Positions 1 through 10,364 of a DNA stretch of 64,000 nt are shown in pieces (within the stretch, counting starts at the first letter, position 1; each line of letters opens with the position of its first letter). Source of the DNA: Paracoccaceae bacterium (GTDB lineage: Bacteria > Pseudomonadota > Alphaproteobacteria > Rhodobacterales > Rhodobacteraceae). The position numbers were made by a program, and so were the translations under genes. The notes below the pieces were generated by a model. The model did no database searches and was not told the DNA's origin. It saw only the letters and a program-made list of their open reading frames with translations. The DNA lies in assembly GCA_029242355.1 (NCBI GenBank), contig JAQWUC010000068.1, positions 55,797 through 119,796 of the forward strand, given 5' to 3'.

Positions 1-859
1 ATAAATATATGGCGAGAGGTAAACCAAAAGCCGTATGCGTGACCCATAATGTTGCAAACGACTTAGATGCAACCTGACAACTACTTGTAACTTCGCAATT
101 GGTAAACCAATGATTTAAGGCCGTAGCCCAAGAAGCAATGCCACTAAAACCTTTAAGGATAGGCAAAAAAGCTAATTGAGTTGGAACAACCATTAAACAA
201 ACTATTAGAATAAACAACCAATCACGACCAGGGAACTGCATCCAAGAAAACGCATATGCTGCAAATGCCGCGATGGTAATCGGGATAATAGTTGCAGGAA
301 TAGTTACTATAAACGATGATATAAGTGCATTCGGTACTTGCTTATCCTCAAACAGAACCTCGACATAGGCTTTAGTTCCAAAAACTGCATCTTGATTGAT
401 AAAAGCATCTAATTTTTTAGGTTTCGGTAATGTCTTCTCAGGAAAGGTCCAAATAAAATCGCCATTAGCCTGAAATACAAAACTTCCTCCGCGGACTACC
501 ATTGGCTCACCAGGCGGTACAAGTTTGCGGATAAGCTTTGTTTTATCTGGATTTTCTGGATCTTGAACTCGTCTCTTTATAAAAATAGATTTTACATTAC
601 CAGACACCGGAAAGCTGTTATCTTCATCATTTAATCGGTCAAAAATATTGCCTGTTAATTCAATAACTTCCATTTCCTGGCCTTTGTCATGAGTACTAAA
701 ACGATGCCCAAGTTCCGTTGGAGTGAACGCGGTCCAAAATCCAGAGGTTTTAGAAGCAATTTCGGATCTAAGTGACGTAGTTACAAGAGCTACGAAGGGT
801 ACAATCCATACAAAGACGATCAATGCTAAAACAGTATGGCTTAATGTTCGACTTACCAT
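1..859 (-). CDS. ABC sugar transporter permease (MalG/UgpE-like), 3' end cut by window edge
   Basis: Absent from the ORF track because it runs off the window. Hand translation from the ATG at 859 gives MVSRTLSHTVLALIVFVWIVPFVALVTTSLRS, then a ~140-aa hydrophilic loop, then ...IPATIIPITIAAFAAYAFSWMQFPGRDWLFILIVCLMVVPTQLAF..., typical of a type-1 ABC permease core. It starts 14 nt downstream of the MalF-like gene on the same strand. Confidence 0.7.
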   Translation of the reverse strand, partial: MVSRTLSHTVLALIVFVWIVPFVALVTTSLRSEIASKTSGFWTAFTPTELGHRFSTHDKGQEMEVIELTGNIFDRLNDEDNSFPVSGNVKSIFIKRRVQDPENPDKTKLIRKLVPPGEPMVVRGGSFVFQANGDFIWTFPEKTLPKPKKLDAFINQDAVFGTKAYVEVLFEDKQVPNALISSFIVTIPATIIPITIAAFAAYAFSWMQFPGRDWLFILIVCLMVVPTQLAFLPILKGFSGIASWATALNHWFTNCEVTSSCQVASKSFATLWVTHTAFGLPLAIYL

Positions 860-872
860 CAATATATATCCT

Positions 873-2138
873 TCAATCTAAAAACTCTTTTTGTTCACGT
901 CGCATCCGCCATGCATTAAAAATCATCACAGGAGAGACAGTGAGCATGAGTAAAATAGCAATAGAGGCGAAGAGATTATCAACATTATCACCACCAATTG
1001 ACCATGTATTGCGAGCGGCCTCCATCATAGTTGCAAGAAGTAATTTGTCATCATCATTTGCAGATAATGCATAAGGTATATCAAAAACTTTCAATACTTG
1101 AATTACGAGATAAGTCCAAACTACGACCACCGTGGAGTATATTTGGGGTAACTTAACTCTGAAAAATAATTGAAAAGGACTAGCCCCATCAATAATTGCG
1201 GCTTCAATCGTGTCTTTTGAAACTCCGCGTAAAGCAGCAGAAAAAATAACCATAGCGAACCCAGTTTGAACCCAAACCATAATCGACATTAAAAAAAAGT
1301 TTCCCCAAAATTTTAAGTTATAGAGAGGTTCATTATACTTAGCGGTATGCCCTAATAAAGCTTTCAGCAAACCAATTTGATATGATGGCGTAAGGCCATT
1401 TATTGCTTCTTGAGGCTCTATTCCACCTCCAGAATAAATATTCTTCCATATAACAGCCGCACCAACAAATGAAATCGCAAGCGGAATAAAGACAAAAGTT
1501 TTTGCAACTACGCCCCACCTTACTGAATCTGCTAGCACAGCAATAACCATCCCCAAAACTATGCACACAGACGGTACAAATATTAACCAGAGGACGCTGT
1601 TCCGCAATGCGAGTCTAATTTGAATATAACCCAACGCAGAGGGGTCCCATAAAAATGCATAATTTTGCGTCGAAAAACTTCCATCAGCTTCACGAAAAGA
1701 AAGGTTTAATGTTGAAAATGCAGGAAATAATAAAAACAATGACAATAAAAGAATTGCTGGACCAACAAAAATCCATGGTTGGATTGCCTCTATTATCGTT
1801 GATTGCCTGCCTAATGAATCTTTTTCTCTGTAGCGGGCAAAACTCATGTTAAGCCAATTAGTAATCCAGAAATAAAAGAATGATATGCCAACAGATAGAA
1901 AGATCACTCGTATTGCAAAACCAATTTTTTCAAACCGCTCTTTAGTATCAAACTCAGGTAAAGACCACTGAAAGAATTTATGCAGCCATAGACCAACGTG
2001 CCCAACAGCACTATCGAGTGGTGCTGTGGCGATAAAACCTAAAATCGATATAATAGGCAAAAAGCACCCAACCGTGAGTATGATAGCTAGGCCGTTACTT
2101 GCTATAATTGGCGTTAACGAGCGCATTAATGAATCCAA
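873..2138 (-). CDS. ABC sugar transporter permease (MalF/UgpA-like)
   Basis: 421-aa polytopic membrane protein with an EAA-loop-like segment (EAAIIDGASPFQLFFRVKLPQI). It lies in an operon with a family-1 SBP and a second permease. Confidence 0.85.
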   Translation of the reverse strand: MDSLMRSLTPIIASNGLAIILTVGCFLPIISILGFIATAPLDSAVGHVGLWLHKFFQWSLPEFDTKERFEKIGFAIRVIFLSVGISFFYFWITNWLNMSFARYREKDSLGRQSTIIEAIQPWIFVGPAILLLSLFLLFPAFSTLNLSFREADGSFSTQNYAFLWDPSALGYIQIRLALRNSVLWLIFVPSVCIVLGMVIAVLADSVRWGVVAKTFVFIPLAISFVGAAVIWKNIYSGGGIEPQEAINGLTPSYQIGLLKALLGHTAKYNEPLYNLKFWGNFFLMSIMVWVQTGFAMVIFSAALRGVSKDTIEAAIIDGASPFQLFFRVKLPQIYSTVVVVWTYLVIQVLKVFDIPYALSANDDDKLLLATMMEAARNTWSIGGDNVDNLFASIAILLMLTVSPVMIFNAWRMRREQKEFLD

Positions 2139-2181
2139 GATTAAGTTAGTATTAAGAAATAATTATTTAAATAATTATCCT

Positions 2182-2214
2182 CAAAACAGGAGTACGAGCA
2201 CTAGCCCGTACCCC
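2182..2214 (-). terminator. Intercistronic hairpin plus U-tract after the SBP gene (partial terminator or mRNA stabiliser)
   Basis: On the minus-strand RNA, GGGGUACG-N10-CGUACUCC is followed by UGUUUUG. One stem position pairs only as G-U on the minus (sense) strand and is an A-C mismatch on the plus strand. Confidence 0.45.
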
Positions 2215-2240
2215 CTCAATTTTTTACCATAAAATTAAAC

Positions 2241-3575
2241 TTATTTAATGGCATCCCATGCTGCTTGAATATTGTCAGCAGTAGTTTGAGCGTCTTGTCC
2301 GTTCGCAAAATTTGTCATTTCTGACCAAAATGCTCCCGCACCAATAGCACCTGGCATTAAGTCCGAAGCATCAAATCGAAATGTTGTTGCATTTGACAAA
2401 ATTTCACCTTGTTTTCTAAGTGCAGGGGTAGCATAAGCCGACAAATCTGCACCCTTGTGAGCCGTCAAGAAAGTTCCCTGTTGCATCCAAGCTTCATGAG
2501 CGGAAGCCTCAGACATAAACTTGAAGAAAGCCCTCGTTGCGGGTGACTCCTTTGTCATCGTCCACAATGTACCCGCACCAAGAACAGGATTACCTAAATT
2601 CGCAGATGCATATGGTGGAAAGTAGAAAAAGTCAGCTTCTCCACTTGCAACTTCTTCTCCTTTTTTTGGAAAAAACGCTGGAATGAAAGAAGCCTGACGG
2701 TGCATCATACAGCTCGCTGGTGATGAGAAAAGTCCCTTAGGAGCATCCCCAAAAGATGTCGTTGCAACTGCGGCGGCACCACCAGCTACATAATCATCAT
2801 TTCTAGAAAATTGGCCGTATACTTCCATTGCATTTAGAACTTCAGGGCTGTTGAACGGTAAATCGTTTGAAACCCACCGATCATAATTTTCTGGCGATGT
2901 TGTACGAAGCATCAAATCTTCCATCCAGTCCGTTGCGGTCCACCCGGTTGCATTGCCCGACTCAACTCCTATGCACCATGGTGTATTCCCGTCTGATACC
3001 ATTTGATCTGATAGAGCTATTAGCTCCTCCATTGTAGACGGAATCTCATAGCCATTATCTTCAAATTGTTCTGGTGAGTACCAAACAAGGGATTTCAGAT
3101 CCATTTTGTAAGCAAAACCATAAAAATCTTTTTTACCAGATGCATTTGCGTAAGTACCAAGATCAACCCAAGACGAACCAGCACCATAATTTTCTGTCAT
3201 CCATGCCGCCAAATCATCTCCAAGTGGGACCAAATGACCCTCTTTTGCCATATCTCCTGCGAGTCCTGGCTGCGGGAATATTGCTATATTAGGCGCGTTA
3301 TTTGAACGCAGATCTGCGACGATTAACGCAGCAAAATCTCTTGAACCAGAATATTTGATAACTGCACCGGTTGCCTTTTCGAAGCAACTCAAAGTGTTCG
3401 TCATCATTTCTTCATCTCTTTCCATCAATGAACCAGAAATGGTTATAACTTCTCCCGGAAAGCTGCCCATATCACCCAGTTTAGATGGTGTATCACAGAC
3501 ATCAGCTTGCGCCGATCCTGAAACCAGTGCTGTGATTGACGCAGCAAACGTCACAGCAGTTAAAATTTTCTTCAT
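2241..3575 (-). CDS. ABC sugar transporter substrate-binding protein (family 1)
   Basis: 444 aa with an N-terminal signal peptide (MKKILTAVTFAASITALVSGSAQA). The size and composition fit an extracellular solute-binding protein, and it sits upstream of two permease genes. Confidence 0.85.
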   Translation of the reverse strand: MKKILTAVTFAASITALVSGSAQADVCDTPSKLGDMGSFPGEVITISGSLMERDEEMMTNTLSCFEKATGAVIKYSGSRDFAALIVADLRSNNAPNIAIFPQPGLAGDMAKEGHLVPLGDDLAAWMTENYGAGSSWVDLGTYANASGKKDFYGFAYKMDLKSLVWYSPEQFEDNGYEIPSTMEELIALSDQMVSDGNTPWCIGVESGNATGWTATDWMEDLMLRTTSPENYDRWVSNDLPFNSPEVLNAMEVYGQFSRNDDYVAGGAAAVATTSFGDAPKGLFSSPASCMMHRQASFIPAFFPKKGEEVASGEADFFYFPPYASANLGNPVLGAGTLWTMTKESPATRAFFKFMSEASAHEAWMQQGTFLTAHKGADLSAYATPALRKQGEILSNATTFRFDASDLMPGAIGAGAFWSEMTNFANGQDAQTTADNIQAAWDAIK

Positions 3576-3834
3576 TTAAACCTCCCATTTAAATAGATAG
3601 ATCTAGATATATAATTTTTTAGTTTAACGTCTAGAACATTCACAATAAGTGGCGTAATAATGCACCGGTTAAACTTAGAGTCAAGACATGTTTGGAACGC
3701 TTAAAATAAAGAAATAAACTAACTTACTGAAGAAATAACATTTAGTGCAAATTAGCTTAATTTATGACCAAAAATACAAAAATAGACAAATCCGGTTACC
3801 ACTGAAGCACCAAAATAATGAAGATGATTTAAAT

Positions 3835-5175
3835 ATGAACCCCTTGAAGATAATCGAATCATTCCCACACGACTTCATTTTTGGAACTGCCACATCGAGC
3901 TACCAAATAGAAGGCTCGTCATTTGGTGGATGTGGTCGTAGCCATTGGGATAGTTTTGCACAAAAACCTAATGCAACTTACAAGGGCCAAAATGGAAATA
4001 TAGCATGCAATCATATCCAATACTGGGAAAAAGACCTAGACTTAGTTGCAGATGCCGGCTTTAAAGCATATAGGTTTTCATTTTCATGGCCAAGACTTTT
4101 TATCGATGGTAAAACCACAAGGAATAATAATGGATTTAGTTTTTATGATCGTTTGATAGATGGAATGCTCGCCAGAGAAATTCTTCCCTTTAGCACTCTC
4201 TATCATTGGGATTTACCACAAAATCTTGCTGACAAAGGTGGATGGACAAATAGAGATACGTGCAAATGGTTTGCTGATTATACGGAGGCCATCATGCAAA
4301 GATTTGGCGATCGGCTACACTCAGTTGCCACAATAAACGAACCTTGGTGCGTCTCCTGGTTAAGCCATTATTTAGGACATCACGCACCAGGATTGCGAAA
4401 CTTAGAAGCAGCAGTACGAAGTATGCATTACATTTTAGTCGCTCATAGCAACGCAACTGAAGTCATGCGAAGTTACAATCAAAAAAATCTGGGTATTGTT
4501 CTTAACAAGGAACACATGATGCCAGCATCAAATACAGACGAAGATGTAGAAGCATGTAAATTATCTGATGAAATTTATAATCTTTGGTTTGATGAGGCAA
4601 TTTTCAAAGGTCAATACCCGAAAAAAACTTTAAAACTCTTCCACCAGTATATGCCAGAGAATTTTGAGATTGACTTGCCACAAATTAATCGAAAAATTGA
4701 TTGGATTGGTATTAATTATTATACGAGATCAATTATCAAAGCAGATCAATATGAACCAAATACAAAATTTATCACGGTTGCGGGAGACCTACCAAAGACT
4801 GACATGGGATGGGAAATATTCCCTGCAGGCTTAACCAAAATCTTAACCCGACAAGTAGAAAGTTATTCGAAAACCATTTCAATTCATATTACCGAAAACG
4901 GAATGGCTAGCCATGATGTGTTAGTCAACGGATCTAAAGTGATAAATGATCAAGATCGTATAAAATACTACCAATTACATTTAGAAGAACTAAAAACCCT
5001 CATCGATAACAAAATTCCAATTAAAAGTTACTTTGCATGGTCTCTCCTTGATAACTTTGAATGGGCTTTTGGATATAACAAAACATTCGGTTTGGTTAGT
5101 GTTAACTATGACACCCAAATAAGAACACCTAAAAATTCTTATTATGCCTTTCAAAGAGCTCTCAAATTTTTATGA
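3835..5175 (+). CDS. Glycoside hydrolase family 1 (beta-glucosidase-type)
   Basis: Motifs FIFGTATSSYQIEGS, acid/base TINEPW and nucleophile ITENGMA. I prefer the ATG at 3835 (MNPLKIIESFPHDF) over the GTG at 3745 used by the ORF track, because family homology begins there. Confidence 0.9.
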   Translation: MNPLKIIESFPHDFIFGTATSSYQIEGSSFGGCGRSHWDSFAQKPNATYKGQNGNIACNHIQYWEKDLDLVADAGFKAYRFSFSWPRLFIDGKTTRNNNGFSFYDRLIDGMLAREILPFSTLYHWDLPQNLADKGGWTNRDTCKWFADYTEAIMQRFGDRLHSVATINEPWCVSWLSHYLGHHAPGLRNLEAAVRSMHYILVAHSNATEVMRSYNQKNLGIVLNKEHMMPASNTDEDVEACKLSDEIYNLWFDEAIFKGQYPKKTLKLFHQYMPENFEIDLPQINRKIDWIGINYYTRSIIKADQYEPNTKFITVAGDLPKTDMGWEIFPAGLTKILTRQVESYSKTISIHITENGMASHDVLVNGSKVINDQDRIKYYQLHLEELKTLIDNKIPIKSYFAWSLLDNFEWAFGYNKTFGLVSVNYDTQIRTPKNSYYAFQRALKFL

Positions 5176-5214
5176 TGGGTGAAAAAAAGTGTCTTCCAAT
5201 TTAAGAAATAAAGC

Positions 5215-6273
5215 TTACCAAACCTGACCCCGAGCAGCAACTCTTTGTTCAAATTCAAATTTTTCGTGACTAACAAAAATAACATGATCAAGCATATTAC
5301 TGACCACGCAAGCATGATTAGGAATAATTTGCAGTTTTTGTCCAATAGACAATCCAGTCGGTCCGTCACAAGTGATACAACCATGTTCCTCTGATAAGCT
5401 AGAAATTTTAAGATTAGGATAACCAACAATATGGCCATGACCAACTAAGTCAGATAAGTCTGAAGTAAGAACTTTTGAACCAGCATCTACCACAGCTCGT
5501 TCCTTAGTCGGGGTTGAAACTACAGTAACGAGAACAGTAAGAGCACAATCTTTTTCCTTACACACTCCTCGACTGATCAAAGAGCGATCATTATAAATAT
5601 AAGTTCCTATTCTATACTCCGTTGCAACAGAGAGCTTTTCAGCATTCCACATATCCGGTGAACCCCCAACTGATATAACAGGAACCTTAATATCATGCCG
5701 TTCAATAAGTAATTTAGTTTTGCGCAAGAAGCTATCTACCTTTGAACTCTTTCCGATGGGGGGATATGTCATCAACCCACCGAAGCGTATTCCCGGAAGC
5801 TTAATTATTGCATTAGCGAGATCAAGTGCTTCCTCGGGCGAAATGACACCGCACCGGTTAGCACCCGTGTCACACTCCACCAATACACTTAATTCCATTC
5901 CAGATTTCTCAAATGCATTGGAAAGGCCTACAATACAAATCATATTATCAGCAACAACCGATAACGACACTCGCTTAGCAAGAGCGAGTAACTTGTCTAA
6001 TTTTTGTTCACCAAGAATATTATACGCTATTAAAACATCATCAATTCCACCTTCAGAAATCATTGCTTCAGCTTCGCTAATTTTCTGACATGTGATACCT
6101 ATTGCTCCTTCTAGCAGTTGCAGTTTTGCGAGCATTGGTATTTTATGCGTTTTTATATGTGGCCTCAACTTTAAACCAACCGAATCACAGTAACTTTGGA
6201 ACTTTTTAATATTCAATTGGACAATGTTTAAATCAATCAAAACTGCTGGCGTGTCTATTTCAGAATAATCCAT
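5215..6273 (-). CDS. PLP-dependent D-threonine aldolase / DSD1-type D-serine dehydratase-like enzyme (alanine-racemase N-terminal fold)
   Basis: N-terminus TPAVLIDLNIVQLNIKKF...LRPHIKTHK carries the PLP-lysine context. 352 aa. Its start is 5 nt after the uxuA stop on the same strand. Confidence 0.65.
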   Translation of the reverse strand: MDYSEIDTPAVLIDLNIVQLNIKKFQSYCDSVGLKLRPHIKTHKIPMLAKLQLLEGAIGITCQKISEAEAMISEGGIDDVLIAYNILGEQKLDKLLALAKRVSLSVVADNMICIVGLSNAFEKSGMELSVLVECDTGANRCGVISPEEALDLANAIIKLPGIRFGGLMTYPPIGKSSKVDSFLRKTKLLIERHDIKVPVISVGGSPDMWNAEKLSVATEYRIGTYIYNDRSLISRGVCKEKDCALTVLVTVVSTPTKERAVVDAGSKVLTSDLSDLVGHGHIVGYPNLKISSLSEEHGCITCDGPTGLSIGQKLQIIPNHACVVSNMLDHVIFVSHEKFEFEQRVAARGQVW

Positions 6274-6278
6274 GATTC

Positions 6279-7457
6279 TTACCTATTATTGATAGCATGT
6301 ATAACACCTCTGAGCTCTGACAATCCTCTCAATCTTCCTACAAGTGGATACCCTGGGTGAGTATTTTTTTTCTTATCAGAAAGTAGTTCATGCCCGTGGT
6401 CCGGACGAAAAGGCACCTCTCCTTGACTTATACCTGAAGCTATTCTTCTTTTTTCTTCGTTTAAGACTACGGTAATTAATTCTGTCATGTTGATATCGCC
6501 ATTTAAGTGGCTCGCCTCTTCAAATGACCCATCGTTTTCCTTACTTACATTTCGTAAATGGGCAAAAAATATCTTTTTAGAAAACTTCTTTGCAATTGCT
6601 GTTACATTGTTGTGAGAACCCGCACCTAAAGAACCACTACAAAGTGTCAATCCATTTGATTCTGATTTATGATAATTAATAACCCAATCTAGATCATCTT
6701 CACTCGATACTATTCTTGGTAAGCCTAAAATATTCCTTGGTGGATCATCTGGATGAACGCACATCTTTATGCTAAACTCTTCCGCAGTCGGTATTACCTC
6801 ATTTAAAAACCGACCATAATTCTCACGGAGTGATTTTTTATCAATTCCATTATATAAAGCTACTGCTTTCTTTAAGCCATCAATATTGTACCGTGTAAAT
6901 TTTCCTGGAAGACCTGCCATAATACTCGCTAACAAGGTGGTTTTATCTTCTTCAGTTGCTCTTGATATCCAATCCAATCCATTTTCAATCGCTTCATCGG
7001 TATACTCTTGCCTCGCCTCCTCACGTCCCAACATATTAATTTCGAAAGCGGCCATGTGAGCTGCTGAGAACCGTAAGGCCGTCCCGCCACGAGGTAAATC
7101 AGCCTTAAGATGCGTGCGAGTCCAATCTAATATGGGCATAAAATTATAGCAAATTGTTTTAATTCCAGCATTAGCTAAGTTTTTCAAAGATCTCCTATAA
7201 TTACCAAATAATGTTTTTAAATCTCCCGTCCCCATTTTGATATTTTCATGAATTGGAAGACTCTCAACTACATCCCAATGAAGATCTAAACCAGAGCTTG
7301 AAATTTTATCTCTTAACATACAAACCTGCTCAGGGTTCCATATTTCTCCGTAAGGAATTTCATGCAACGCCGTCACGATGCCTTTTGCTCCAGTTTGTGC
7401 AATTTCTGATAAAGAAATTTTATCTAATTCACCGTACCAACGCCATGTTTCCTTCAT
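6279..7457 (-). CDS. uxuA: Mannonate dehydratase
   Basis: MKETWRWYGELDKISLSEIAQTGAKGIVTALHEIPYGEIW closely parallels the remembered UxuA N-terminus (MEQTWRWYGPNDPVSL...GVVTALHHIPNGEVW). 392 aa. Confidence 0.9.
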   Translation of the reverse strand: MKETWRWYGELDKISLSEIAQTGAKGIVTALHEIPYGEIWNPEQVCMLRDKISSSGLDLHWDVVESLPIHENIKMGTGDLKTLFGNYRRSLKNLANAGIKTICYNFMPILDWTRTHLKADLPRGGTALRFSAAHMAAFEINMLGREEARQEYTDEAIENGLDWISRATEEDKTTLLASIMAGLPGKFTRYNIDGLKKAVALYNGIDKKSLRENYGRFLNEVIPTAEEFSIKMCVHPDDPPRNILGLPRIVSSEDDLDWVINYHKSESNGLTLCSGSLGAGSHNNVTAIAKKFSKKIFFAHLRNVSKENDGSFEEASHLNGDINMTELITVVLNEEKRRIASGISQGEVPFRPDHGHELLSDKKKNTHPGYPLVGRLRGLSELRGVIHAINNR

Positions 7458-8905
7458 CTTATAACCTCTTTTAACGATTTAAGCGTACCAATTTCTATTT
7501 GCCGTGCTAAAGCTTTTTCTAACATTGATTTAAACACATCATTTGTTCTTAAACTTAAACAGAAAATGTCTTCTAAATTAATGAACGAATCAACCAGCTC
7601 CTTGGAATTCCGGGCTGAATTATGTATCTCCAAAAATTGATTCGCCTTTGGATCCATTACATCAAATTTATTACAAGCCTCATCTTCACCGCGCGTATAT
7701 CTAATCCAAGCTCCAATCACTTCACACGATAACTCAATACTACGTCCTAATTTTAAATTATCCTCAATAGTTCCTAAAATCCGTTGTGGTAATTTCTCTG
7801 AACCATCCATAGCTATTTGCTTGGTTAAATGTTTAATATTTGGATTCTTATAACGATCTAGTAACTCTTGGACGTAATCTGAAATTTCAAAGTCAGGTGG
7901 AGCAATTACTGTTGGGACAATTTCATTTTTCCATAAATAATCCAGAAATGATTCTAATATAGGATTTGAAACTGCCTCGAAAACTGTTTTAAAACCACTT
8001 AAAAAACCCAAATAAGCGAGCGCACTATGAGTGCCGTTTAAACAACGCAGTTTTAAGTGTTCAAATAACCCGACATCAGAAACAACTTTTACACCAGCTT
8101 TCTTAAAGTCAAACTTTGCCTCAATCGTGAACTGGTTTTCGATTACCCAAAGTGAATAGCTCTCATGTACCACTGGAGCCATGTCCCGATACGAGGTCAA
8201 AGTAGAAATATAATTTACTTCCTCATTTGATATAGATGGTACGATCCTATCAACCATGCTTGACGGAAACGCACCAAAATTTAATATCCATTCTCCAAGT
8301 TTGGGATCCAATCTATTTGCAAAACCCAATACAGCATTAGAAAGCGCCTTACCATTACTTGGAAGATTATCACACGACAAACATGTAAATGGAGGGATAC
8401 CCCTTTGCCTTCTTAAATTAAGCCCATAGACCAAAAATCCAATAGCTGAACGAGGAGTTGTCGGATGTTTCAAATCATAAATAATATCAGGATTGTTTAG
8501 ATCTAACTCCCTAGAACTTGGGATTAAACAATAAGCTTTTTCAGTCACAGTCAAAGTTACTAAGTTCACCCTTGGTCGAGCCAAGGCTTCCAATAAATAG
8601 TGGGGATTATCGGGTGCAAAAACTAAATCATAAATACAGTCGAATACTTGAGAGGATAATTGATGTGCTCCTTTTTCAAACGCTGTAAAAAGACCATCTT
8701 GCCGTTCTAGAGCCCTTATTTTGTCTGGAGTTCTTAAGCACACGCCCATAACGCGGATTGAATTAGTAGCAAACTTGTTCATTCGCTGAAAATAATCACA
8801 CGTAAAGGCTCTAAAGAAAGCTCCTAAGCCCAAGTGAATAACATTTACATCTTTTTGATATGAGTAATCACGCGATAAAATAGGTTTTTGGTTTATTTCG
8901 TTCAT
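7454..8905 (-). CDS. uxuB: Mannitol-dehydrogenase-family oxidoreductase, probable fructuronate reductase
   Basis: 483 aa, the long-chain mannitol dehydrogenase family size. It overlaps uxuA and uxaC by 4 nt at each end. The function is inferred from operon context. Confidence 0.7.
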   Translation of the reverse strand: MNEINQKPILSRDYSYQKDVNVIHLGLGAFFRAFTCDYFQRMNKFATNSIRVMGVCLRTPDKIRALERQDGLFTAFEKGAHQLSSQVFDCIYDLVFAPDNPHYLLEALARPRVNLVTLTVTEKAYCLIPSSRELDLNNPDIIYDLKHPTTPRSAIGFLVYGLNLRRQRGIPPFTCLSCDNLPSNGKALSNAVLGFANRLDPKLGEWILNFGAFPSSMVDRIVPSISNEEVNYISTLTSYRDMAPVVHESYSLWVIENQFTIEAKFDFKKAGVKVVSDVGLFEHLKLRCLNGTHSALAYLGFLSGFKTVFEAVSNPILESFLDYLWKNEIVPTVIAPPDFEISDYVQELLDRYKNPNIKHLTKQIAMDGSEKLPQRILGTIEDNLKLGRSIELSCEVIGAWIRYTRGEDEACNKFDVMDPKANQFLEIHNSARNSKELVDSFINLEDIFCLSLRTNDVFKSMLEKALARQIEIGTLKSLKEVIR

Positions 8906-10323
8906 AACTTATAGGCTTTTTTTGCAAGGCCGTACGTTAATTCATAACTTAACTTTTCTCCCTCTTCCTCTGAAATTTGACCAGAAACCACTAACTCTGC
9001 CAAATATGAACAATCAACGCGCCGAGCTACGTCATGTCGTGCAGGAATTGAACAAAATGCACGCGTATCATCGTTAAAACCCACGGTATTAAAAAATCCA
9101 GCAGTTTCCGTTACTGCTCGCCTAAACCGCTGCATTCCTTCAACACTATCAAAAAACCACCACGGAGGTCCTATCTTCAGACATGGATACACACCACATA
9201 GAGGAGCAAGTTCTCGTGAGAGTGCAGTTTCATCAAGGGTAAATAAAATTAAAGAAAATCGGTTATCTAAACCCACTTCATCGAGTAAAGGCTTTAAAGC
9301 TTGAACGTAATCAGTTCTACGAGGTATATCGAACCCTCTATCACGCCCCAATGCACTCAATATTTTTGGAGAATGATTGCGGAAGGACCCTGGATGTAAT
9401 TGCATCACCAAATTATCTTCAAGGCTCATTCGGGCCATTTCTAAAAGCATATGCCCTCTGAATTTTTCAGACTCTAATGCACTCAAATTCTTTGTTAGGG
9501 CTTTATCAAATAATTTCGTTACCTCAGAAGATGACAAGTTTTCTGTGTTGGCAGTTGGATGCCCGTGGTCAGTGCTAGTCGCGCCCAAAGACTTAAAAAA
9601 ATTTCTTCTTGAGAATTGTGCTGCAAGATAGCCACTAAATTTTTCAGTATTTTCTCCTGTAATCTCTCCAAGTTTTTGAATATTTTCAGTAAAATTTTCA
9701 TTGTCAGGATCTATGACATTATCGGGCCTGTAAGCAGGTATAATTCTTCCAGCCCAATCCGAATTAATTATATTTTTGTGCGCCTCAAGATTGTCTAGTG
9801 GACTATTGGTTGTAGATAATACTTCGATATTGAACTGCTCAAAAAGAGCTCTCGGTTTAAATTCAGGTTTTTTTAAAGCCTCATCAATAACATTATAGTA
9901 CAATTCTGCAGTTTCAGCATTTAACGAAACTTTGAGTCCAAATAAGTTTTGAAAAACAAAATTTAACCAAAGCCGCGTGGGTGTTCCTTGAAAAAGATAA
10001 TAGTTTGACGCAAAAACGTTCCAGATTTCTCTCTTAGTTTCACTTAAATGAATTTCACCATCAGAACTAAGTCCGATTGACGCTGGATCTATACCGTGAG
10101 AAATTAACATTCGATAGACATAATGATCTGGAGTGACAAATAAATCAGTTGGGTTTTCAAATGCGGCATTTTCAGAAAACCAATGGGCCTCAGTATGACC
10201 ATGCGGACTAATAATAGGAATATTTTCTACTAACCGAAATAACTCTAATGCTATTTTAGCGGTCGATGGATCTGTCGGTAACAATCTATTTTCAGTCAAA
10301 ATTGACATAGTATTTACTTTCAA
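8902..10323 (-). CDS. uxaC: Glucuronate isomerase
   Basis: 473 aa. The N-terminal LLPTDPSTAKIALELF...PIISPHGHTEAHWF matches the remembered alphaproteobacterial-type UxaC pattern (PIISPHGHT). Confidence 0.8.
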   Translation of the reverse strand: MKVNTMSILTENRLLPTDPSTAKIALELFRLVENIPIISPHGHTEAHWFSENAAFENPTDLFVTPDHYVYRMLISHGIDPASIGLSSDGEIHLSETKREIWNVFASNYYLFQGTPTRLWLNFVFQNLFGLKVSLNAETAELYYNVIDEALKKPEFKPRALFEQFNIEVLSTTNSPLDNLEAHKNIINSDWAGRIIPAYRPDNVIDPDNENFTENIQKLGEITGENTEKFSGYLAAQFSRRNFFKSLGATSTDHGHPTANTENLSSSEVTKLFDKALTKNLSALESEKFRGHMLLEMARMSLEDNLVMQLHPGSFRNHSPKILSALGRDRGFDIPRRTDYVQALKPLLDEVGLDNRFSLILFTLDETALSRELAPLCGVYPCLKIGPPWWFFDSVEGMQRFRRAVTETAGFFNTVGFNDDTRAFCSIPARHDVARRVDCSYLAELVVSGQISEEEGEKLSYELTYGLAKKAYKL

Positions 10324-10364
10324 TTCATTCGGTGTTTTGGCTTTTTATTTATCCTACGAATGTC

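Noticed and set aside
3745-3834. N-terminal extensions in the ORF track: 3745 for GH1, 11543 for the HDAC-like gene, 11580 for the ureohydrolase, 16175 for RidA, 16271 for ALDH, 23783 for the ligase, 27088 for proV, 34513 for DDAH, 34423 for the aminotransferase, 47288 for the regulator and 52923 for caiD-like.
   Set aside because: In each case family homology begins at a downstream Met. That Met has a better Shine-Dalgarno sequence or forms a typical ATGA/TAATG junction with the preceding gene, and the extension would overlap a neighbouring gene or promoter region.
10324-10364. A possible terminator between the HDAC-like gene and uxaC (CATTCG...CGAATG).
   Set aside because: The stem is only 6 bp with a ~26-nt loop and no convincing U-tract, which is too weak to call.
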